Shown: piece by piece, positions 27,815 to 36,264 of the stretch | Layout of the letters: each line of letters begins with the position of its first letter | Numbering within the stretch: position 1 is the first letter of the stretch | DNA from: Candidatus Delongbacteria bacterium | Lineage (GTDB): Bacteria > UBA4055 | Assembly: GCA_016937995.1 (NCBI GenBank) | Contig: JAFGVM010000071.1 | Location: forward strand, 1 to 40,302 | Reading direction: 5' to 3' | DNA length: 40,302 nt | Notes under the pieces: model-generated | What the model was told of the DNA's origin: nothing | What the model saw: the letters and a program-made list of their open reading frames with translations, nothing else | The model's database searches: none | Made by a program: the position numbers and the translations under genes

Positions 27815-27947
27815 TATCTCCTCCAAAAGTTAAATTCTCAATACGGTAAACTTATTAAATCAATACACACTTTGGCAAGTCTTTTTAAAATAATTCCTTA
27901 CTAAAATCATTTTTTTCAATAATAATTATATTTTCTGTAATTTTCAA

Positions 27948-27976
27948 TTGCGTAAATGATAACTAGGCATTATATT
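27948..27976 (+). promoter_or_regulatory. Promoter of the large GNAT gene
   Basis: TTGCGT-17 nt-TATATT. Confidence 0.55.
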
Positions 27977-28097
27977 TATGCGAACTATTCAATCTCGCAC
28001 ATTCCACCTCGCACAAAACCCTAATAAAACAATTAGCATTTTATCAGTTAACTTAAATCTTAGATGCTATAGTTACACATAAAAAAAAGGAGGTTAA

Positions 28098-31000
28098 ATG
28101 TCTAAAATTAAAATCGTGGAATATAAAAAAGATTACGCAGCAGGAGTTGCAACAATGTGGAATTGTTCTACAGATGGTTGGAACGGAGCTGATTTTTCTA
28201 CGACTGAAAAAAAAGTATTATTAAAAGAAAGTATGTCACCGCATGTTAATTTATTTTTAGCAGTTGATGAAGCTGTAAAAAGTGATGAACCTAAAGTTGT
28301 TGGGTATTGTAAATTATCAAAGGACTCAAAAGATGAGAACGCTCTATATATTGCGTTGTTAAGTGTTATACCTGAATATTTTAATAAAAAGGTCGGGAAG
28401 GCACTTGTTCTGGAATCGGTCAAAAGAACAATTGAACTAAGTTATCCGCGATTATATTTACATACCTGGAGTGGAAATACAAGAGCTGTTCCTCTGTATA
28501 AAAAAACAGGCTTCTTCTGGGAACAGGGTCAGGAGATCCATCTAATAAATCATATTCCATTTGTACTGAATTGTGATGCTGTAAAAGATTATTTTAAAAA
28601 AGTTGACTGGTATAATGACAGCAAAAGAAAAATCGATATTACTCCAGACGGAAGAAAAGACAATAAATTTGAGTATTATACATATTCCTGGGAAAAGAAC
28701 AAAAAGAAATTAGTGCTTGAGTTCGATAAGTGCGGAAAGGGTCTTAGAAAGATCGATTGTGATGATTATACTATAACAGCTACTGTTTGCAATAGAGATC
28801 TTAGTTTCGGCAAAAAACATAAGATATCCTATGAATTCATCAATAAATGCTCAAAACCATTAAAGATCGAAATGAAAGGTATCAGTAATGAAGGAATTGA
28901 ATTCAAGTATAATTTTAAAACAGAAGTTAAGAAGACTCTTAAGACCGATGCTGAATTCTTTGTTAATCCTATAACTGTTGAACAGGACAGAAGAGGAACT
29001 CATCCAAAGATCTGTACAAACATTAAGATCAATGGTAAATTAGCTGCATTTAAATCAGGGATAGTTCCCAAATTCCCGTTGTACGTAAATCTGTTGAACA
29101 AAGCTGAATTCAACTATTCCGGACAGAAAGAAGAAATGTACTTGAACTGTGAAAGTTTTCTTGATGAAAAAGCAAGATTTGAATTCGATCTTAGTTATGG
29201 AGATGGTATCATATTTGAAAATCCGAAAGTATCGTTCGAACTGAAGGCAAATGAAAAGATCTCAATACCTGTTAAAACGATCATAAACAAAGGATATCTT
29301 TATTCAAAAAAGTTTGATATTACTGCAATACTCCAGAACGGTAAGAAAATAAAGTTCAATGAAACTGTTGTGGCCAGAGCATATACTCATAAAAGTATGG
29401 GATTCAATGAAACTGAACACCGTTATGAGTCAAATATCGGTAAATTCGCTTTGAATATACTAAAGAAAAGGCAAAATTGTTTTACATATTTTCTAGATCA
29501 TGAAGTTAACGGACAGGAAATATTCTTTCCTACTCCAAAACTGGGACTACCTTATACTGATGAATTCGATCATAGAGAAGTGGATAGAGTCGAATACACT
29601 GAAGAAAAAAACTCTTCTGTCATGAAAGGTATCTATACATCTGAGAATATCAAAGATCTTGAATTTGCGATCTGCTACAGACTATTCCCTAATGGCATCA
29701 TAGAAAAATGGATGGAATTCTCTAACACCGGAAAGAAAAAACTTGGTAAAGATATTATCTATTGTGACAGATTTGTTATCAATCGTGAAAATATGGTTTT
29801 ACCTTACAAGAACAAATTCGTGAAGATCCAGACAGGAGTTGATCATAACCTGAATAAATTTGATTCAAAGCATTTTACTGAAAACTGGATCTATTCCGGT
29901 GATAAGAAAAAAAGTGCAGGTATAACCTGGCCAGAAGAGTATGAGTTAAAGCTGGTAGAGTGGTATTTTGCAATAGAATATTCTCTTGAAGGGCTAAAAC
30001 CCGGAAAGAGCATGATAACCAAGCCTATAACTTTTTTCCTGAATACTTTTGATCTTAAGAACTTTAGAAATTTTGTTCAGAAGAACAGTAAGCTAAAAGA
30101 AGTCAGTATTTCGCGATCTGCAGAATTGACGTTGAACGGTCAGAACCCTTTCATCCGTAAAAACATCAAAGTTGAATTGAAAGAAGCAAGGATCATTCCA
30201 CTGAATGCCGAACTTAGTATTTCATCCTCAACAAAAGCTTTTAAAAAACAGCATTTCAGTTTAAAGGAAGGATCTAACCTATCAGGTCTGAGTGCAAAGA
30301 TAGAAATAAGATCTGATAAAGATATTGAGTTGGTCAACTGCAATATCCGTCAAAAAGCACATGAATCTAATGTTGTAAAAGCTTTATTCCCGATGAGAAA
30401 TAGGATCAAATTAACTGAAACTACAGAAGAAAGCAAAAAGGTATATTCTGTTGACAATGGTACTTTATGCTTTAAAACTTCACCTGATTTTGCTCCTAAT
30501 ATCTTTTCTCTTAAGCATAACGGGATCGAATGGGTGGATTCTTCTTTCCCTCAAACGTGTTCAAAATCATGGTGGACACCATGGTATGGCGGATTATTCA
30601 TGAATATTGGCGGATTCAGTGAAAAAGAACTTCTGGAAGAAAAATTATCTGCTGAATTTGTTAAGATCGAGGATAATTTAAATAATAAATGGAAGGGTGT
30701 AAAAATAATCGTAAAAGTCGTTAAAAATGAAGAATACAAAGGTTTAACTATCGAACAATATCATCTTACACTGCCAGGAACTCCAGTTGTATTGAACTTC
30801 AATAAGATCATTAACAGATCAAAAAAATACTTCAACTCAAGCTATTATAAACTTTCCTTTTTCAACAGGGGGGAAAAAAATATCAGGGATCATTACTGGA
30901 GGTATTTCAACAACAATGATGACATATGCAAATTGTATCACGGTTATGAGAACCTTAATATTTCAGTTGATCACGATAAAGTAACTTCACTGAACTGTGA

Positions 31001-31217
31001 TGGTATTGATAATAAAATTTTATTCTTTCACCCGAATAAAATTGAATATATCGCAGCTTGTGCAAATGAAGCTGTGATACCAAAAGTATCTGCGGAAGAA
31101 TTCAATGTAAAAAATGGGTCATCATTTGTAACTTCCTATGAATTTATGATATTCACAGATATGGATATCAATTATAAGGAATTAGAAGACCTTAAAAATA
31201 TCCGGTTCGAAGTATAA
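28098..31217 (+). CDS. Large GNAT-family N-acetyltransferase (N-terminal GNAT plus about 880 aa of unknown C-terminal domains)
   Basis: AAGGAGG RBS; acetyl-CoA motif LLSV.PEYFNKKVGKAL and TWSGNTRAVPLYKKTGF. Confidence 0.85.
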   Translation: MSKIKIVEYKKDYAAGVATMWNCSTDGWNGADFSTTEKKVLLKESMSPHVNLFLAVDEAVKSDEPKVVGYCKLSKDSKDENALYIALLSVIPEYFNKKVGKALVLESVKRTIELSYPRLYLHTWSGNTRAVPLYKKTGFFWEQGQEIHLINHIPFVLNCDAVKDYFKKVDWYNDSKRKIDITPDGRKDNKFEYYTYSWEKNKKKLVLEFDKCGKGLRKIDCDDYTITATVCNRDLSFGKKHKISYEFINKCSKPLKIEMKGISNEGIEFKYNFKTEVKKTLKTDAEFFVNPITVEQDRRGTHPKICTNIKINGKLAAFKSGIVPKFPLYVNLLNKAEFNYSGQKEEMYLNCESFLDEKARFEFDLSYGDGIIFENPKVSFELKANEKISIPVKTIINKGYLYSKKFDITAILQNGKKIKFNETVVARAYTHKSMGFNETEHRYESNIGKFALNILKKRQNCFTYFLDHEVNGQEIFFPTPKLGLPYTDEFDHREVDRVEYTEEKNSSVMKGIYTSENIKDLEFAICYRLFPNGIIEKWMEFSNTGKKKLGKDIIYCDRFVINRENMVLPYKNKFVKIQTGVDHNLNKFDSKHFTENWIYSGDKKKSAGITWPEEYELKLVEWYFAIEYSLEGLKPGKSMITKPITFFLNTFDLKNFRNFVQKNSKLKEVSISRSAELTLNGQNPFIRKNIKVELKEARIIPLNAELSISSSTKAFKKQHFSLKEGSNLSGLSAKIEIRSDKDIELVNCNIRQKAHESNVVKALFPMRNRIKLTETTEESKKVYSVDNGTLCFKTSPDFAPNIFSLKHNGIEWVDSSFPQTCSKSWWTPWYGGLFMNIGGFSEKELLEEKLSAEFVKIEDNLNNKWKGVKIIVKVVKNEEYKGLTIEQYHLTLPGTPVVLNFNKIINRSKKYFNSSYYKLSFFNRGEKNIRDHYWRYFNNNDDICKLYHGYENLNISVDHDKVTSLNCDGIDNKILFFHPNKIEYIAACANEAVIPKVSAEEFNVKNGSSFVTSYEFMIFTDMDINYKELEDLKNIRFEV

Positions 31218-31241
31218 TAAAGGAGCTCATTTACTTAAGCT

Positions 31242-31272
31242 AAAAGCTCTCCCCTTTCGCGGGAGAGTTTTT
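31242..31272 (+). terminator. Terminator of the GNAT gene
   Basis: AAAAGCTCTCCC-CTTTCGC-GGGAGAGTTTTT. Confidence 0.8.
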
Positions 31273-31434
31273 AATTTCAGTTTAAGTTTATAGATTGAAC
31301 TTGATCTTTTATTAGATTATTTTTATTCAATATTTTCTAAAAATAAATCTTGCAGAATGAAAATAATCAAAGTTTATTTCACATGGTAATGAAGTATTAG
31401 TTAATTAATTAAACTTCGATATTTGAGGAGATAA

Positions 31435-31983
31435 ATGAAAAGAATAGGCTTAAGAATAAAGGCTAAAAGGGAAAGCATGGGTCTTCAGATAAAAGATCTA
31501 TCCGGTATTATTGAAGTTTCATCAAGCCTTATCTCACAAATTGAAAAAGCAAAAGCTTATCCTTCTATTTTCACTTTAAAAAAAATAGCAGAAGCATTGA
31601 ATACAACTATCAGTGAATTACTTGGCGAAAATGAGAACAGGGCTGTAAAACCGGTTATGAGATTAAATAATAGAAAATTTGTAAGGCAGAATGATAACGG
31701 AACATCTCTTTTTCTTTTATCTAATCATGATCCTCTAAAACAGATGGAACCTTATCTGGTACATTTTGAGCAAGGTTCTGATTCCTCAGAAATCATGACC
31801 AGTAATTATCCCTGTCAGGAATTCTGCTATATTTTGAAAGGTAATATTGAAGTTAAGAGAGACAAGAAGAAGATCCTTCTGCACGAAGGTGACAGTTTTT
31901 ACTTTAATTCTCACGAAAAGCATATTTTCAAGAATATTGATAAAACAGAAACAGAATTGATATGGGTTGTTAAATTAAATTAA
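31435..31983 (+). CDS. XRE-family HTH transcriptional regulator with cupin sensor domain
   Basis: IGLRIKAKRESMGL..SSSLISQIEK..PSI.TLKKIAEAL; cupin EFCYILKG..GDSFYFNS..H; GAGGAG RBS. Confidence 0.92.
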   Translation: MKRIGLRIKAKRESMGLQIKDLSGIIEVSSSLISQIEKAKAYPSIFTLKKIAEALNTTISELLGENENRAVKPVMRLNNRKFVRQNDNGTSLFLLSNHDPLKQMEPYLVHFEQGSDSSEIMTSNYPCQEFCYILKGNIEVKRDKKKILLHEGDSFYFNSHEKHIFKNIDKTETELIWVVKLN

Positions 31984-32032
31984 AAATTAACATTAAATAT
32001 TGAGAAATACAATCAAATCAAAGGAGAAGAAC

Positions 32033-33259
32033 ATGACTAAAAGAACTATCGTAGCAATGCCGGGTGACGGTATCGGTAGAGTTGTCCTTGACGAAGCTAT
32101 CAGAGTTTTATCTGCAGCCGGTTTCGAGGCTGATTACGTTGAAGGAGACATTGGGTGGGAATTCTGGTGTACAGAAGGTAATCCCCTTCCACAGAGAACT
32201 ATAGACCTTCTTGAAAAGCACAAAGTTGCTCTGTTTGGAGCTATTACTTCAAAACCTAAAGATGATGCATTCAATGAACTGGCACCTGAACTTCAGGCTA
32301 AAGGTCTTGTTTATTCAAGCCCTATTGTAGGTCTAAGACAGCATTTTGGCCTTGATATTTGCTTAAGACCATGTAAATCTTACATCGGTAATCCTCTTAA
32401 CTTTATCAGAAGAGGTCAGGGTAATGCTATAGAAGAACCTGCAGTTGATGCACAGATATTCCGTCAGAACACTGAAGGCCTTTACGGTGGTGTTGAATGG
32501 TCTAATCCTCCTAAGCAGGTACATGACGCTCTAATGACACACCCTAAGTTCGTTAAAAACTTTGGATCGACTCCTGTTGAAGAACTTTCAGTATCTACCA
32601 GAATTTTCACAAAGAAAGCTACTGAAAGAATTCTTAGAGCAGCTTTTGAGCATGCTAAGAAATACGGTTATAAATCAGTTACTGTTTGTGAGAAACCAAA
32701 TGTGATCAGAGAAACTTCCGGAATGATGTATAAAATGGCTCAGCAGATCCAAAAAGCTGATTACCCTAACATAGAACTTTGGAATACTAATATTGACGCA
32801 CAGATGATGTGGTTAACTAAGAATCCTGAGAACTATGGAGTTATCGTGGCAGGAAATATGTTCGGTGATATCGTTTCTGACGGTTTTGCAGGACTTATCG
32901 GTGGACTTGGATTCGCTTGTAGTGCACAGTATAATCCTGAAACAGGTGTTGCTGTATTTGAGCCTACTCACGGATCAGCTCCAAAGTACGCTGATTATGA
33001 AACTTCAATTGTAAATCCAATTGCAATGATCGAATCAGCATGTATGATGCTTGATTATATTGATGAGCAGGAATGTGCTAAGAAGATCAGAAAAGCGGTA
33101 GCTGACGTTATTTCTGAAGGTAAAGTAAGAACTTATGATATGATGAAGATGACCGGCAGAGCGGATGTTTGTGAAAAAGGTGCTGCTTCAACTCAGGAAA
33201 TGGCACAGGCTATTATTGATAAAATGCAGGGTGGAAAATGCTGCTGTGGATGTAAGTAG
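32033..33259 (+). CDS. Isocitrate/isopropylmalate dehydrogenase-family enzyme (homoisocitrate dehydrogenase-like)
   Basis: Start moved to ATG 32033 after AAGGAG; PGDGIG, RQNTEGLY, KPNV, NMFGDIVSD, FEPTHGSAP. Confidence 0.9.
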   Translation: MTKRTIVAMPGDGIGRVVLDEAIRVLSAAGFEADYVEGDIGWEFWCTEGNPLPQRTIDLLEKHKVALFGAITSKPKDDAFNELAPELQAKGLVYSSPIVGLRQHFGLDICLRPCKSYIGNPLNFIRRGQGNAIEEPAVDAQIFRQNTEGLYGGVEWSNPPKQVHDALMTHPKFVKNFGSTPVEELSVSTRIFTKKATERILRAAFEHAKKYGYKSVTVCEKPNVIRETSGMMYKMAQQIQKADYPNIELWNTNIDAQMMWLTKNPENYGVIVAGNMFGDIVSDGFAGLIGGLGFACSAQYNPETGVAVFEPTHGSAPKYADYETSIVNPIAMIESACMMLDYIDEQECAKKIRKAVADVISEGKVRTYDMMKMTGRADVCEKGAASTQEMAQAIIDKMQGGKCCCGCK

Positions 33260-33263
33260 ATGT

Positions 33264-33289
33264 CCGTGGACTGTGGTCAGTGGTCAGTT
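33264..33289 (+). repeat. Heptamer tandem repeat after the dehydrogenase stop
   Basis: CCGTGGA CTGTGGT CAGTGGT CAGTT, between stop and terminator. Confidence 0.8.
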
Positions 33290-33315
33290 AAAAGGGATGC
33301 GGAGCATCCCTTTTT
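33290..33315 (+). terminator. Terminator of the XRE-dehydrogenase unit
   Basis: AAAAGGGATGC-GGA-GCATCCCTTTTT. Confidence 0.87.
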
Positions 33316-33338
33316 CTTTTGTGTATGAGAAATATCTT

Positions 33339-33367
33339 TTTACAATCAGGCTTTTTTTTATTATATT
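33339..33367 (+). promoter_or_regulatory. Promoter of the GLUG protein gene
   Basis: TTTACA-17 nt (contains T8)-TATATT. Confidence 0.55.
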
Positions 33368-33405
33368 AACTTTTTAAGGTGAAAAGTTTAACGAATGGAG
33401 GTAAT

Positions 33406-36102
33406 GTGAAAAAAGTAATCTCGATGTTAATTCTTATTTTAGGAATGAGCCTTCTTGCTCAGACTTCGACGCCACCGTCTGCAGGTGACGGTTCCAGCGG
33501 AAATCCTTATCAGATAGGAACACTTGAAAATCTTTACTGGATAGCTTCAAATTCCGGTGAATGGAACAAATATTATATCCAGACAGCTGATATTGATGCG
33601 TCATCGACATCTACCTGGAACAGCGGAACCGGATGGACCCCGATCGGTAACATGACAACTAAGTTTACCGGTAACTACAACGGTAACAAACACACTATCA
33701 GCGGATTATATATTAACAGACCGTCTAATGAAGATCTTGGTTTTTTTGGAGTTGTACAGGGAGGTACGATCAATTATTTAGGAATAAAAAATATCACCAT
33801 TTCAGGATACCGTTACATTGGTGCACTAGCTGGTAGGATCGTAAGCAGTAGTCCTGTAAATTACTGTTTTACAACGGGAGTTGTCACAGCCTCTTATGAT
33901 TATTCCTATACCGGAGGATTATTCGGTTATTCTTATGAAACTGATACATTCAACTGTTATACCAGAACAAATGTTAACGGAAGACAAAACCTTGGTGGTT
34001 TTATTGGACTTTCTTCATTTTCAGATATAACAAACTGCTATTCTACCGGTCTGGTGACCAGCTACCATCCTAATTATGAAGGTGGTTTTATAGGTGGATG
34101 GACAGGAAATGATCTGTATCCGGGTTTGACTGCAAATTTCTGGGATATTCAGTCTTCAGGTACTTCAATTGGTATTATCGGAAGAGATTTTCCGGGAGTA
34201 ACTGGTAAAACTACTTTGGAAATGCAAACTGATACGACTTTCACAAACGCAGGATGGAATTTTTCTACTGTTTGGGGAATCGACGGCTCCTATAACGGTG
34301 GATATCCCTTCCTTCTCTGGGAAAGAATGTCTCTACCTATACTAACAACTCAGGATGTAAGCGATATTTCTACAACTACAGCAACCGGAAACGGAACAAT
34401 AGTTGACCCCGGATTCCCTTATCCTACCCAGCATGGTTTCTGCTGGAACACTTCCGGTTTACCTTCTCTATCTGATTCAAAAACTGAGGAAGGTATTATC
34501 GACTCAACAGGGACTTTCTCTTCTCAGCTGCTTATGCTGGACAACTATACCACTTACTATGTAAGAGCATATGCTACAAATGATCTAGGTACATCATACA
34601 GTGATGAAGTTATATTCACAACATTAGCCATTCTACCTGCTACTCCTTCCGGTTCTGGAACAGATATAGATCCTTATCTTATATCAAACATGGAAGAATT
34701 GTACTGGATAGCAGAAGATTACCATAATTGGGATAAATTCTATCTACAAACTGCAGATATTGATGCTTCAATAACTGCTTCAATTAACAATGGAGAAGGG
34801 TGGTTATCTATCGGAGATCAGTATGAAAGTTTTACAGGTTCATACGACGGACAGAATTACTCAATTTCAAATTTATTTATTGACCACCTTTACGGATATT
34901 ATACCGGTCTTTTCGGACAGGCACAATACGCATCAATATCAAATGTGAACTTGATCGATGCTGAAATTACATCCGGTGACTACACAGGAACTCTGATAGG
35001 TTATAGCAACAGTTCTGTCGTAGATAACTGTTCTGCTTCCGGCTATGTGAACGGTCAGGGGATGATAGGTGGTCTGATTGGTGCTACTTCAGGTAACAGT
35101 TCTCCACTAATAACAAACTGTTCTTACACAGGAACAGTTTCGGGAGAAAGCAATATTGGGGGGCTTATCGGCCAAATACAAAACTATGCAATCATTCAAA
35201 ATTGCTTTACTGATGCTGTTGTTACAGCTACATCCAATTATTGCGGAGGTTTAATTGGTGAAGTATACAGTTATTCAACAGTTGAGAATTGTTATTCTTC
35301 CGGTTCGGTTCACGGAATGTATACTTTCGGTGGTTTTATAGGCATGTTAAACAATGAATGTACGGTATTAAACTGTTACAGTGAATCTGATGTTTATGGT
35401 GATCAAATAGATTATTACTACTACTATGAATACAGTGAGCAAGTTGGAGGTTTTATCGGTCATAACTATGTTTCTGATATATATAATTCATATTCAACAG
35501 GTTCTGTATACGGACTATATGATGTAGGTGGCTTCATTGGAACTAACAATGGAACCACAGATGTTATTAACTGTTTTAGCTCCGGTAGTGTTACAAGTGA
35601 CGATAATCCCGGTGGTTTCATAGGATATTTAAACAACGGTAGTAGCGCTGTTATTACTAATTGTTTCTGGGATATTGAAACTTCCGGTCAGACCACTTCG
35701 CAAGGTGGATCAGGTGTTGTAGGAAAAACTACTGCTGAGATGACAACTCAAGCAACATTTACTGATGCTACTTGGGATTTTGTAATTGAAACAACAAATG
35801 GTACTGATGACTATTGGAATATTAATGCTGGAGTTAATTCCGGATATCCATTCTTAAGCTGGCAGGATGTTGTTTTACCGCTAGGTATTCCTCAAAATCT
35901 TGTCATCACCCGATCTACCGATCCTGAACTTACCTGGGATGCAGTTTCAGGTGCAACTTCTTATACTGTCTACTATTCTGAGGATCCATATGCTACCTTC
36001 CCTACATCATGGACTGAAGTGACAGGAATCACTGGAACAAGTTGGACAGACACTGATGCAACAGAATCTAAGAAATTCTATATTGTAGTTGCAGTGAATT
36101 AA
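33406..36102 (+). CDS. Secreted GLUG-motif beta-helix surface protein: two GLUG modules, an FN3-like spacer and a C-terminal FN3-like domain
   Basis: GTG start after GGAGG; signal peptide; duplicated G.G...PY.I....LYWIA...Y.QTADIDAS...GW..IG; many GG(L/F)IG..NCYS.G.V repeats; TTYYVRAYATN. Confidence 0.85.
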   Translation: MKKVISMLILILGMSLLAQTSTPPSAGDGSSGNPYQIGTLENLYWIASNSGEWNKYYIQTADIDASSTSTWNSGTGWTPIGNMTTKFTGNYNGNKHTISGLYINRPSNEDLGFFGVVQGGTINYLGIKNITISGYRYIGALAGRIVSSSPVNYCFTTGVVTASYDYSYTGGLFGYSYETDTFNCYTRTNVNGRQNLGGFIGLSSFSDITNCYSTGLVTSYHPNYEGGFIGGWTGNDLYPGLTANFWDIQSSGTSIGIIGRDFPGVTGKTTLEMQTDTTFTNAGWNFSTVWGIDGSYNGGYPFLLWERMSLPILTTQDVSDISTTTATGNGTIVDPGFPYPTQHGFCWNTSGLPSLSDSKTEEGIIDSTGTFSSQLLMLDNYTTYYVRAYATNDLGTSYSDEVIFTTLAILPATPSGSGTDIDPYLISNMEELYWIAEDYHNWDKFYLQTADIDASITASINNGEGWLSIGDQYESFTGSYDGQNYSISNLFIDHLYGYYTGLFGQAQYASISNVNLIDAEITSGDYTGTLIGYSNSSVVDNCSASGYVNGQGMIGGLIGATSGNSSPLITNCSYTGTVSGESNIGGLIGQIQNYAIIQNCFTDAVVTATSNYCGGLIGEVYSYSTVENCYSSGSVHGMYTFGGFIGMLNNECTVLNCYSESDVYGDQIDYYYYYEYSEQVGGFIGHNYVSDIYNSYSTGSVYGLYDVGGFIGTNNGTTDVINCFSSGSVTSDDNPGGFIGYLNNGSSAVITNCFWDIETSGQTTSQGGSGVVGKTTAEMTTQATFTDATWDFVIETTNGTDDYWNINAGVNSGYPFLSWQDVVLPLGIPQNLVITRSTDPELTWDAVSGATSYTVYYSEDPYATFPTSWTEVTGITGTSWTDTDATESKKFYIVVAVN

Positions 36103-36115
36103 TCTAATAACTTGT

Positions 36116-36149
36116 AAAAAAAAGCCCGATAGACTATCGGGCTTTTTTT
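36116..36149 (+). terminator. Terminator of the GLUG gene
   Basis: A8-GCCCGATAG-A-CTATCGGGC-T7. Confidence 0.88.
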
Positions 36150-36197
36150 CTATAGATGTGCAATATCTCAGTATCTTATGATTAGAAACTTTATAAC

Positions 36198-36226
36198 TTG
36201 CTTATATAATTCTTATCATTTATAAT
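36198..36226 (+). promoter_or_regulatory. Promoter of the WD40-caspase gene
   Basis: TTGCTT-17 nt-TATAAT. Confidence 0.65.
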
Positions 36227-36264
36227 TTATTTCATACAAGAACATCTAAATACGGAGTGAATTT

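Noticed and set aside
27978-28082. 34-codon ORF (MRTIQSRTFH...) as a leader peptide for the GNAT gene
   Set aside because: ATG lies 1 nt after the predicted -10, upstream of the likely TSS; no SD and no regulatory codon run
31391-31417. TTAATTAATTAA palindrome as the XRE operator
   Set aside because: Position is plausible, but a pure-AT palindrome cannot be told from chance in this DNA
2293-33405. Extended N-termini in the ORF track (2349, 8507, 12954, 27826, 32000, 33379)
   Set aside because: Downstream starts have better RBS, family-typical N-termini or avoid overlaps
35400-35440. Poly-Tyr tract as a DGR variable region
   Set aside because: No reverse transcriptase and no template repeat differing at adenines in the window
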